From Ascoidea asiatica JCM 7603 (taxonomy: Eukaryota; Fungi; Ascomycota), in NCBI GenBank assembly GCA_001600695.1, contig BCKQ01000002.1, positions 951,184 through 1,015,183 of the forward strand: 64,000 nucleotides of DNA, in the 5' to 3' direction. Positions 47,201 to 57,813 of this stretch are shown here, in pieces. Made by a program: the position numbers and the translations under genes. Each line of letters opens with the position of its first letter. Position 1 is the stretch's first letter. Under the pieces are notes generated by a model. That model was not told where the DNA came from, did not search any database, and saw only the letters and a list, made by a program, of their open reading frames with translations.

Positions 47201-48600
47201 ATGAACAACTCTATTCATCATTCCATAGATTCTAATGAAGTTCCAGTATGGCAGTTGGATTCAACAACAAACGAATGTGCTTTATGTGAAAAGGAATTTA
47301 CTTTTCTATTCAGAAGGCATCATTGTAGGTAAGTAATTCTTTTTTTTCTTTGTTTTTGCACTAATTCAAGAAATTTTACTAACATTATCAACCATTTTTT
47401 AAACTATAAAGAAAATGTGGAAAAGTCGTTTGTTCTAACTGCTCTCAAAATCAAATTACTTATTTGCCTTCAACTTATGTTGTTTCTCCTCCTTCTCAAA
47501 TATTTCTTGAATCTCCTCATATTCCACATAGAACTTGCGATTCTTGTTTTAGTGAAATAGAAATGATTAGAAATGCTTTAAGAGAATCTTCCTCAGAAGA
47601 GACTCCAAATTCAAGTTTAAATGTACCAAGAACCGATAGCAATCAAAGCTCTTCTGATTCAAGAAATTTAAATTCAAACCTAGTTTCAACTTCAAACTCC
47701 AATTTCAATATTCATAATCATTATAATTATGCTAATCATCTTCGAAATAATAGTAATAGTAGTAACAATAATATTGATATTAATGACACTTCAAACTTCA
47801 TTGATACTTTTTTAGCTCCAGGCTTTCATAGTATATTAAATGCTGACAGAGACAGACCACCAATCAAACAAAATCATACTGATACCTTTTCTTGCTTGGA
47901 TGCAAATTCGACTTCCACTTCAATGAAAAATAATTACACTAGAAGCATAGTTTCTTCAACGGGATTAAGTCTTGAAAATGGTAATAGCAATAGAAATGGA
48001 TCTGAAAGTTTAGATAATAATTCTGAAGACGATATAAACTTATGTCCTATTTGTGATTTTAATTTAAATCATTTGCAGACAAGTACTGAAAGAGAAAATC
48101 ATATCAATCAATGTATTGATAGTGCACAATTTTCCGGCTCTCCAGATCAAAAAAGAATTATCAATAATAGAATGCTCGTGTATAGAATACCAAAATTTGA
48201 AAGTATCAATCTGAATAACTTAAACAACTCCAATGATCCGAATGAGTCAAATAATATATATAACCCAGAACCTTCAGTTTCAAATAGTAAAGTTATATCA
48301 AGTGAAATCACAAACAATATAAATCCAATAGCTTCTTCCTCTTATACTGATTCTGTTACTCAGCTGAATTCCGTCGAATCTGAAGACACATTAGCCAATA
48401 AAGATAATAAAGCAAAAGATGATAAATCATCTGTGAAAAGTGATTTTGACAATGAATGTGTTATTTGTTTTGAACCATTCAAGCCTGGCGACAAAGTTGG
48501 TCGTTTGGAATGTTTATGTGTTTTTCATTATAAATGTATAAAAGAATGGTTCGATATTAAAGGTTATGGCGAGTGTCCAGTTCATGCTGTTCATCAGTGA
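47201..48600 (+). CDS. PIB1: FYVE + RING-H2 ubiquitin ligase, two exons: join(47201..47328,47412..48600)
   Basis: Intron 47329-47411: GTAAGT donor, TACTAAC at 47377, AAG acceptor. Splicing restores the FYVE motif WQLD...[18 protein letters not shown]-terminal RING CVICFE...[17 protein letters not shown]...CPVH. Confidence 0.95.
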
Positions 48601-49230
48601 ATATTTTTATCTTTCAAGCCTACTTATGATTAGATTTTTTTTAAAGCTTTCTTTAATTCTTTTATTTCTACGGCTCTTTTTTTTGTTAATTTTTTTTCAT
48701 TCATTCATTTTTTTGAGAAAACACTATAACGTTTTATGGTTTTCTTGTTTTATTTTTGTTCAAATTAGGTCTGGTTTATAACGGTTGTTAAGTTCCTAAA
48801 TTATTTTTCAGACTTGCATTTCTTTGTTCTCTTTTATTTGTTTGATTTAGAGTGATTTTCATTATTTTTCGAACTGAATGAGATAAATGTTAGTTTTTAT
48901 AGTACGTTTAGTAAATAATTTTTTAAATTTAAATAAATTCGAATATATTCAAATACTGGATTTTTAAATATTTTAAGGTTAAATAAAGATAAATGGGATT
49001 CTGTATGACCGCACATATTAAAACCACTACAATGGGTCTATATTAGGAAAAATAAACAAAAAAACAGTCGAAAGTGCAAAATACATCAAAACAGAGTTCT
49101 CTTTTGTTGATCTATTAAAATAGATAATTACTTAATATTGTTCATAGATTGCTCATTTTTAGTTACAATCACTTTTATCTTTTTTTAAAAGTCAAAAAAA
49201 AAATAGTTTGCCACTAAACTCTATTATAAG

Positions 49231-49670
49231 ATGTATGATCCTTATTCAGAGGCAGAAAGTAACAAAATCAATTCAATTCAATTGACAGTAGTATGTAAAG
49301 AAATAAAATTGAGTACATAGTAGTTTTGATTTTATAAAAAAAGATACTAATTATTTTATTTGAATGAAAACTTTAGAAAAGAATGGTTGAATCAATGAAC
49401 ACTGTCAATAATTGTCTTCAGGTAAGTAAAATGTCCTAATTTTTGTTTCTTGGAAGAAAATTGCATTTTTTTTTTTTGCAAGAACTAAAAGCTAACAAAA
49501 AAAAGAAAAATTTAGTTCAATGATATTAACAAGATGCCATTCAAAATTTAATTTAGGAAATTGCTTATCAAAATAATGAAACTGATGCTTTATCACGAAT
49601 CTTAACCAATTATTTAGCTACATGTGAAGATAAATTAAGAAGTGAGGGAGAATTGAGAGATCCGGTTTAA
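49231..49670 (+). CDS. DAD4: DASH/Dam1 kinetochore complex subunit Dad4, three exons: join(49231..49290,49377..49421,49557..49670); not in the ORF track
   Basis: Intron 1 is GTATGT..TACTAAT..TAG; intron 2 is GTAAGT..TATTAAC..TAG. The 72-aa product MYDPYSEAESNKINSIQLTVKRMVESMNTVNNCLQEIAYQNNETDALSRILTNYLATCEDKLRSEGELRDPV aligns without gaps to 72-aa Dad4 (MENPH..VKRLNES..LN..L..I...N..NY...L......P). It is close to SWA2, as in S. cerevisiae (YDR320C-A/YDR320C). Confidence 0.88.
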
Positions 49671-49758
49671 ATTTTAATTTATATTATTATTTAGAATTAT
49701 AAATATATATTACATTATTTCTTTTACTTGAAATTGAATTCAAATTGAAACATCTTAC

Positions 49759-50040
49759 TTAGTATTCAAGAGGTTCTAATAAATTTGTTAGTATCAGATG
49801 AACTGAAAAGAAAAAAAGAATCGAAATAAAACAAAAAAATTGAAATTATATTTAAAACATACTCTGTTGGGTTGGAAGCATATTATATCTTTTCTTTAAT
49901 GTTACTCTATGTCTAGAATATTTATCATCAGGAGAAAAACGAGCAGGATGAGCAGATTTTGTTATTTCACCATCTTCAAGAACTTTTTTTAAGGTATAAA
50001 TACGTTTTCCGTTTGGATCTAAAGTAAACATTAAATGCAT
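49759..50040 (-). CDS. NOP10: H/ACA snoRNP subunit Nop10, two exons: complement join(49863..50040, 49759..49775), 64 aa ending PTQQKPLEY
   Basis: [17 protein letters not shown]...[22 protein letters not shown]. Intron 49862-49776 on the minus strand: GTATGT donor, TACTAAC (49793-49787), TAG acceptor. Confidence 0.95.
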
Positions 50041-50186
50041 TTTGAATGAATGTAAAAATAAATTTGAAGTTTGATTTATGATTTTTGCTTCTTATAACTT
50101 TTGAAATATTTAAAAAACCAGTAATTAAAAAATGGATTTATCAATTGATCTTTTTTTATAAATCAGAGTTTCTGGATTGAAAAAAT

Positions 50187-50196
50187 AAATTTTTCA
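50187..50196 (-). promoter_or_regulatory. RRPE element (TGAAAAATTT) upstream of NOP10
   Basis: Exact ribosome-biogenesis promoter motif about 150 bp upstream of a ribosome-biogenesis gene. Confidence 0.5.
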
Positions 50197-50498
50197 ATGA
50201 ACCGCTAAAAAAACACCAGCCACGAAATACTAAAAATAGATGCAAATGAGAGGCTAACACGTCACATGTCGTTGGAACACTTACAAACTTATTTTGTCTG
50301 TTGTTGTGAAAGTTAATACTGTTATGAAAGATGCTGGAGAAACTACAGCAGCGATAGTCTTAAGGAATACAGATTAAAATTGTATCAATTAAAGTTGATA
50401 CAATTAAACAAATTCCATTATGAAATGAAAATCAAATAAGATATATAAGCTCATTATTTCCTACAAAAAGTTAAGCATCTTTTCTAAAAAATTTCATC

Positions 50499-52805
50499 AT
50501 GGAAAACAAATCTGATATGTTTGCAGACCTTTTTTCATCATCGAAAAAAAAAGGATTTGCCAGAGTTCCTTCCAAGCAAAATCAAACAAAGATTCCCTTG
50601 AACAAATTGAGTACTTTAAGTAATGAAAATAATTCCTCAAAAAGCAATAACAGCTGGTCTGGGTTGGATCTATTAGATTCCATAGGAAGTTCAAATAATT
50701 CTACTTCTAGTCTAGGTAATCAAAGTTCATCTTTCATTTCTAGTTCAAACAGCAATCAAAATAACGATAAGAAGTTTGAATCCAATAATAACCAGTCAGT
50801 CACATCTCAGCATGATGAATTGGATGACTTATTTGCTGTTTTTGAAACTGCAGCTGTCAAACCCACTCCTCAGATAGAGAAACCAACATATGCTGAAGTT
50901 CAAAAACAATTCAATCTATATTCAGCCCCGTATTCGCCAATGGCTCCAAATAATAACCAGAACTCTTCAAGTAATCAATCTTTTTCGTATAATACATTAA
51001 TGAGTCCCGTAGATAGTGATCATTTTTTGATCGATTCATTTAGTGATTCTACAAATAGTCAAAATAAACATAAGACAAGTGAATCAAAAAAAATTGGGAA
51101 ATCCGAAAGATATAAAGAATATGGTGATACTAGTTTCCAATATACACAAGATATTCCAAAAGTTAAAATGCCAATTAAAAAATCTCCAAATGATAGTTCT
51201 TTTGAGAAAACTAATAATGTGAGCAATAATAGAATCAAAAAACTGACAGTCAATGATAATAATTTTCATAATACACAGTTGCAGAACAAAAACAATTTTG
51301 GAAAATTATTTGATGATATTTCTTCTAATAATGTTCCTGAAGAAATTTTCACTACTGCTAGTAGTTTTTTCAATAAAAGTAAAAATATTATTTCAAAAAA
51401 TATTGAAAAATATCAAGCTCAAATAAATTCAGAATTAACTGGACAACCAGCTTGGATGTTTAATCAAGAAAAATATATTGATAATAAATCTGTTATTCCA
51501 AAAACTTCTGATATATCTGATACTTATATCAAAAGCTTCAAAACACCTAGAGTTAAAAAAAATAGAATTAGTTCAATGTATTCGACTGAAGTTGATTTAC
51601 ATAGAGATGTCAATATTAATAAGCATGAAAGAGTTGATGATTTTACTCCAAATAATCTTAAACCAATAAACAAGAGTTCAAGTAATTTCCAGAATGATGA
51701 ATTTTCTCTTTCTTCTTTATATATTTCTAATCAAAGAACTACAAGTAATAACAATATTACTACTACTACGAATAATAATAATATTAGTAATAACAATCTC
51801 AAGTCCAACTCAAGTAGGTATGATTCTGCGAATATTAATAAAGTTGTATCAAAAAAAAATATTGAAAAAACATTTTATATAATAGATCCAATACCATTAT
51901 CGATAACAACTAGATTCAATAATTTTAGGAGTCAAGGTTCGGAAGCATTTAAAAATGGAGATTTTTCTTTAGCTTTAACAAATTATGAGAGTTGTTTAAG
52001 CTCAATTCCTACTGGACATTTATTTCAAATTATAATTTATTCAAATATTTCAAGCTGTTTATTGAAATTAGGTAATCCGAAATCTTCCTTAGAAAATGTT
52101 GAAAAGGGTTTAAAACTAATTGGACCAATAAATAAAGATAATATTGAAAGTTTAAATTTTATAATTGAAAATAACAAAACAATGAAGGAATTTTGGTTAA
52201 AACTAAATTTGAAAAAGGCGGAATCTTTGGAGCATTTAGAGAAATTCAAAGATGCTTTAAATATATATACTATTTTGATTGGAAGTGGAGTATCTTCCAA
52301 AAATGTAATGGATGGAAAAAATCGTTGTCAGAGTGTAATAAAAAAAGCTACTTTTCAGTCTGATAATCGTTCTAATAGTAAACGTACTAAACCTGTCAAA
52401 GTTTCAACCCCTTCATATAGCACATCTTCAAAAGCTGCCGAGGCTGTCAAAAATATAAGAAAGGAAGCTGCTGCAAAGGATAAAGAGGAAAATGAAAAAT
52501 TCATGCTCCATGATAGTATGGAAACAAAAGTTAATAGTTGGAAAAATGGTAAAGAAGATAATTTAAGGGCATTATTGGCTTCATTAGATGATATTTTATG
52601 GCCAGAGGCCAATTGGCAAAAAGTTTCATTAGCTGCATTACTTAATCCTAAAAAGGCAAAGATTATTTATTTCAAAGCAATTTCCAAAACTCATCCAGAT
52701 AAAACAAGTGTGGATGCAACAGTTGAACAGAAACTTATTGCTCAAAATGTCTTTGTAGTTTTAAACAGAGCATGGGATAAATTTAAAGCTGAGCAAAATT
52801 TATAA
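50499..52805 (+). CDS. SWA2: Auxilin-like clathrin-uncoating co-chaperone (TPR + J domain)
   Basis: N-terminal DMFADLF and LDLLD clathrin-binding-like motifs, TPR region (G.EAFKNGDF..A...Y), WKNGKEDNLRALLASL and the J-domain HPDK. Confidence 0.93.
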   Translation: MENKSDMFADLFSSSKKKGFARVPSKQNQTKIPLNKLSTLSNENNSSKSNNSWSGLDLLDSIGSSNNSTSSLGNQSSSFISSSNSNQNNDKKFESNNNQSVTSQHDELDDLFAVFETAAVKPTPQIEKPTYAEVQKQFNLYSAPYSPMAPNNNQNSSSNQSFSYNTLMSPVDSDHFLIDSFSDSTNSQNKHKTSESKKIGKSERYKEYGDTSFQYTQDIPKVKMPIKKSPNDSSFEKTNNVSNNRIKKLTVNDNNFHNTQLQNKNNFGKLFDDISSNNVPEEIFTTASSFFNKSKNIISKNIEKYQAQINSELTGQPAWMFNQEKYIDNKSVIPKTSDISDTYIKSFKTPRVKKNRISSMYSTEVDLHRDVNINKHERVDDFTPNNLKPINKSSSNFQNDEFSLSSLYISNQRTTSNNNITTTTNNNNISNNNLKSNSSRYDSANINKVVSKKNIEKTFYIIDPIPLSITTRFNNFRSQGSEAFKNGDFSLALTNYESCLSSIPTGHLFQIIIYSNISSCLLKLGNPKSSLENVEKGLKLIGPINKDNIESLNFIIENNKTMKEFWLKLNLKKAESLEHLEKFKDALNIYTILIGSGVSSKNVMDGKNRCQSVIKKATFQSDNRSNSKRTKPVKVSTPSYSTSSKAAEAVKNIRKEAAAKDKEENEKFMLHDSMETKVNSWKNGKEDNLRALLASLDDILWPEANWQKVSLAALLNPKKAKIIYFKAISKTHPDKTSVDATVEQKLIAQNVFVVLNRAWDKFKAEQNL

Positions 52806-53249
52806 GTATTTGTTCCTGTGATTTGTAGTTTTATCAGTCTTAAAATTGAAATAGACAATTATTAAGCTTTTTTTTTATTCCAGTATTGTTCTTTTTATTT
52901 TTCTATTTTTTTCAAGAAAAATCGCATAAATTGTTTTTTTGTAAAAAAGGTCATTTGTTATTTTTAATTTTTAAATAGTTTTTTATTTTTAAGAAGTTTC
53001 ATAGATTTCATGGTAAAATATCGATTACATTTATTTGTATTTGTAACAGTACTGTAATATTTAGCTATTGAGAAGAACAGAGGAAAACAGTTGAAGGCTC
53101 CATGGCAATGATACCTTGGTGATCCCATTTAGCCGCATGCTTTTTAAAAACCCAGTACTGAGGGTCTAATGCGGATTATGTTTGGATTTGTCTGTACTTG
53201 CTGTTTTTGAATCAAAGGGCAAATTCACTACGGAAGAAACATTACTACT

Positions 53250-53316
53250 GATAAGTGATATTTTCACCGTTGAGCATTGATTGTATCCGAAAACTTTCAC
53301 TAGAAAGATAGATAAG
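53250..53316 (+). promoter_or_regulatory. Two GATAAG (Gln3/Gat1 nitrogen-catabolite) sites upstream of the gamma-glutamyltranspeptidase gene
   Basis: GATAAG at 53250 and 53311. Yeast ECM38/CIS2 is under GATA-factor control. Confidence 0.4.
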
Positions 53317-53482
53317 CATCCATCATGGAAATTATTATTAAAAGAATTAATTGTTCATCTTTAATTTACTTGTAATAGATAGTTGTCCATTGTTGTTGGT
53401 TTGAGAATAATTTGGCTTTCAAGGGTAGGTTGATTCCCCTTGCTTCATTTGTTTCTTTTGCTTCTCTTTTTGCTATTCAATA

Positions 53483-55594
53483 ATGAGGTTCTTAGCTAGC
53501 AAAAATGATGGTAACAAACATTATCATGATCTCTATAATTCTGGTGATTCAATTTTGAATAAAAATAATGATAAGTTAAAAAAACTAAACGACTCGAACA
53601 TCGAGAATAAGAAAATTTATAAAAAGTTGAAAAATGTTCACATTATTATTCTTGGTTTTATATTTGTAACTTTTTTTATGAAATTTCTAAATAATAGTTC
53701 GAATGATAATATCAGGAACTACTTTTATTTTCAGGAAATTAAAAATATGAAAAATTTTCAATTGAAGAATATAGATGAACCAAGTTTTAGTTCTTTTGAA
53801 GATAATTTAAATAATAATGAAGAAATTTTGAAAACTGGTAAAAATGGAGTAGTATCAAGTGATTCAGAAATTTGTTCGAAATTAGGTATTCAAATTTTAG
53901 AAAATCATAATGGTAATGCTGCGGACGCAGCTGTTACAGTTGGGTTATGTATTGGATTAGTTGATTCCTTTAGTTCTGGGATTGGTGGTGGTGGATTTAT
54001 GCTTTCATATAATTCAAAATTAAAAGAAGTTATAAACATTAATGCAAGAGAAATGGCACCAATTGCATCTTTCAAAGATATGTTTAAAGTTGATAAAAAT
54101 AATGACAATGATAAATCAAAATATTTACATAAATCTCAAATTGGAGGATTATCAATTGCAACACCTGGAGAATTAAAAGGTTATTATAATTTATTTAAAT
54201 TGCATGGATCTGGTAATGTAAGTTGGAAAGAATTAATTTTACCAGTTTCTAAATTGGCTAAAGAAGGTTTTAAAGCAAATCCAGCTTTAGTTTTAAGTGC
54301 TGAAATGATGGGTACATATATTCTTAATAAATGTGAAAAATCAGAGAATGAAATTTTAAAACTAAAAGAAAATTGGAGTTTTTTATTCAAAGATAATAAT
54401 TTTAATAATAATGAGATTATTAAAGAAGGAGATTTAGTTAAAAGAATAAATTTTGGAAATACTTTAGAAATAATTGCAAATAATGGTAGTGATAAAATAT
54501 TTTATGATCCAAATGGACCAATTGTTGAATCATTAATTAAAACAATTCAAGAAAATAATGGAATTTTACAAAAAGAAGATTTTAGTAATTATGAAGTTAA
54601 AATTGAACCTGCATTAAATATATCATTTGGAAAAGATGATAGATATAATATATTCACTTGTGGATCAAGCTCATGTAGTGGACCAGCATTAATTAGTGCA
54701 TTAAATATTATGAATGGATTTAAAGATAATGAAATAAATGAAGAATATAAAGATTTTGAAGGAATATCAACACATCGATTAATTGAAAGTATGAAATGGA
54801 TGGCAAGTGCGAGAAGTAAAATGGGAGATTATTATAAAGAAGAAGAAAATCAAATTAGAATTAATGAAATTATTGATAAAGATTGGTCAAATAAAGCACG
54901 TAATAAAATTAATGATTTTAAAACATTAAAAAGTTGGAAAGATTATGAACCAAGTTATGAAAATAATGAACCACATGGTACAACAAGTTTTTCAATAATT
55001 GATAAAAATAATAATTCAATTTCAATAATTTCAACGGTTAATTTATTATTTGGTTCAAGAGTAATTGATAATAAAACAGGAATAATTTTAAATGATCAAA
55101 TGGATGATTTTTCAATAGAAAATTTTGATAATGGATTTGAATTAAAACCATCAATTTATAATTTTATAAAACCATTGAAAAGACCATTATCATCATCATC
55201 ACCTGTTATAATTTTAGATAAATTTAATAATAATTTACCAGATTTTATTATTTCAGCATCAGGAGGTAGTAGAATTACTACCTCAATTCTACAAAGTATT
55301 ATAAGAAGATATAATTATAAATTGAATTTACTTGAAATTATCTCATTACCAAGATTACATCACCAATTATTACCAAATGAAATTTATATTGAGAAAAAAG
55401 CAAGATTTAATAAAGATGAATTTAATAAAAAAAAATATTTCAATTTAATTAAAGAAATGGAAAAAAGAGGACATAAATTGAAATTAATTGATTCAGTTAC
55501 TGCAATGAATGGAATTTGTAGAAATAAAGAAGAAGAAACTTGGGAAGGTGTAAGTGATTGGTGGAGAAAAAGAGGTTCTAGTTGGAGTTATTAA
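53483..55594 (+). CDS. ECM38: Gamma-glutamyltranspeptidase (type II membrane anchor)
   Basis: GNAADAAV, SSGIGGGGF, AREMAP, TPGELKG, autocleavage site HG|TTSFS, NLLFGS, LNDQMDDFS, RPLSS, GGSRI, RLHHQLLP. Confidence 0.96.
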   Translation: MRFLASKNDGNKHYHDLYNSGDSILNKNNDKLKKLNDSNIENKKIYKKLKNVHIIILGFIFVTFFMKFLNNSSNDNIRNYFYFQEIKNMKNFQLKNIDEPSFSSFEDNLNNNEEILKTGKNGVVSSDSEICSKLGIQILENHNGNAADAAVTVGLCIGLVDSFSSGIGGGGFMLSYNSKLKEVININAREMAPIASFKDMFKVDKNNDNDKSKYLHKSQIGGLSIATPGELKGYYNLFKLHGSGNVSWKELILPVSKLAKEGFKANPALVLSAEMMGTYILNKCEKSENEILKLKENWSFLFKDNNFNNNEIIKEGDLVKRINFGNTLEIIANNGSDKIFYDPNGPIVESLIKTIQENNGILQKEDFSNYEVKIEPALNISFGKDDRYNIFTCGSSSCSGPALISALNIMNGFKDNEINEEYKDFEGISTHRLIESMKWMASARSKMGDYYKEEENQIRINEIIDKDWSNKARNKINDFKTLKSWKDYEPSYENNEPHGTTSFSIIDKNNNSISIISTVNLLFGSRVIDNKTGIILNDQMDDFSIENFDNGFELKPSIYNFIKPLKRPLSSSSPVIILDKFNNNLPDFIISASGGSRITTSILQSIIRRYNYKLNLLEIISLPRLHHQLLPNEIYIEKKARFNKDEFNKKKYFNLIKEMEKRGHKLKLIDSVTAMNGICRNKEEETWEGVSDWWRKRGSSWSY

Positions 55595-57813
55595 TCGTAA
55601 TAGTAAATCGTGAAATAAAAATAATAAAAATAGGCTATAATTTCTAAAAGTTTTGTTAAAAATATTCCAATAAATAATATAGCCTAACGTAACCAAAAAT
55701 AATTTAAATATTCCAATAATAATCCAATAATATTTCAATATTCCCAAAGGTCGCCAAATTCATGGAAGCCTTTTTTTTGCTTCTGGGCGGAATTCATTTA
55801 TGTTGGTTAGACTTTTCTATTGGTTATTGCAATTTTAATACATAAATTATTTCACATTCCAAAATTTGTACATACCGAAGAAAATATATTTCAAGTGAGC
55901 CTTAATGAAGTGATATTTATTCAATACCAGTAAATGCCTTCAAATTTTCAATATTAAGAAATAATGACAATTCCAGAAGAATGGTCTCACATTCCCGACC
56001 ACAAACGCGGGCCCTCATAAAGTGGTAACGCTCAGTGGTAGCTTGCAGTATTTCTCATGGCAAAAGCTCGTACTTCGGGCGGAAGCAGGGTTACCCTCCG
56101 TGCTCTCCACTTAGCTAATTTATTTGGAATTCAAGATTTCATACTGAATTCCATAGTTCCCCCAAAGAAAGCCAGTTAATGCGGGACCAACAACCTGCGA
56201 GTTTCATGTTTTGATACCTGCATCAATTGATCTTGCTATGGGCACGCAAAAACAATAGGCAGTGCATCTAGACCAAAATAATTTGTAGGGTAACACTAAT
56301 CAAATACTGGTGGCATAGGACACTTTGTATAGATCTGTGTCCTATAACAGTGCCCTGTAGACTAAAAGCAGTTTTCCAGACTATCTGTTTACCCCTTGCC
56401 AGACGGAGTGGTCGGATTGTTTGGGGTGTCCAGATCAGACACTGCTCAATAGACGAGGGCAAATCTGCGGGCCCAGGACTGGGCAGATGTGTAACCAAGT
56501 TCTGTTTCTTGAATCTTTCACGACGTTTTTCTTCACTCCTCCACGGCGACTAGGTCACAGAATCTCCTTAACCAAAGAAAACACACACCAATTTCATCAC
56601 GATGGAAAAGAACTTAACTTATTTAGGGAACATTCTTCAGTACTGTACGGTACCTTATTACCGGTACCACTTCAATTCCATTACATACCGTGTTGTATGT
56701 AAGGAAATATAGAATTATCAAGCTAAATCAATTGGAAAATAAAGGGAATTAAAGCAAAATTAAAGAGAAATTAAAGGGAAATTAAATTGAATTGAATTGA
56801 ATTTCAAATTCCTAATTCATTACCACTTTTATTAACAATTATCAGTATTTACACAAGATTTATATTTGGATTCACTTTCTTTTGCCTTTAACTGAATGTT
56901 AGATATTCTTCTAGCTTTATTAACTTGAGTTAGTGTTTTAAATTGATTTTTTATAATAATTGAAATTAAATCTTTAATATTATGATAATTAAAATTCATA
57001 ATATTTATATTTACAAATTAAAATTAAAATTTAAAAAATAATTTAATATATATTAACTAATATTAGAGTAATCTCTTAAGAAAAATTATACTAATTTGCC
57101 TGAATTGCGTTTAATTTTTTTTATTGCTTTTTCTTTTTCTTTTTTATTTTCATCTTTAATTTAATTTCAATCTCTCCTTCAAATTCATTTTCATTGTCCT
57201 TTATTACTGATTGAATTTCTTGATATCTTAAAATTTTAATATTCTATATTAACTTTACATAAGCCTATTCACAAATCAAAAATTCAAATTATTTAAAACA
57301 TTCAAAACATTTAAATAAATACCAATATATTACAATATATTACAATATATTAAAAAATATTACAATTCATTCGTTTAATTGTTTACATTTTCAATTCAAT
57401 CTCAACATAAATATAAATATCTTAATCATAATCATAGTCATATTAATTTAAATAATCTCTAAATCAACTCTAAATAAGAATATAATTAGAAATAAGAATA
57501 AGATTAAAATACTTTATTCGTAACTGTGACAATATTTAGTTAATCAATTCTCTTATTTTTCAATATAATTCTATCATATTTTTATCATATCTTATTATCT
57601 CTAATATTTTTCTTTTTTTTATCTCCTTTTCACACAGCTAATATTCAATCTATCAATTAGTAAATCAATCAATATATCATCCAATCTATCAATCAATCAA
57701 TACATTAATCAATCAATATTTATATTAAATCATTTGTAAATATATTCAGTATATATCCATATATGTATAATAATCTTCGAAGCTTTATTCCATTATTTTA
57801 TCAAAATTAAGAT

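Noticed and set aside
56028-56100. GCTCAGTGGTAG resembling a tRNA D-arm
   Set aside because: No closing D-stem, no TTCGA T-loop/B-box, and no acceptor stem.
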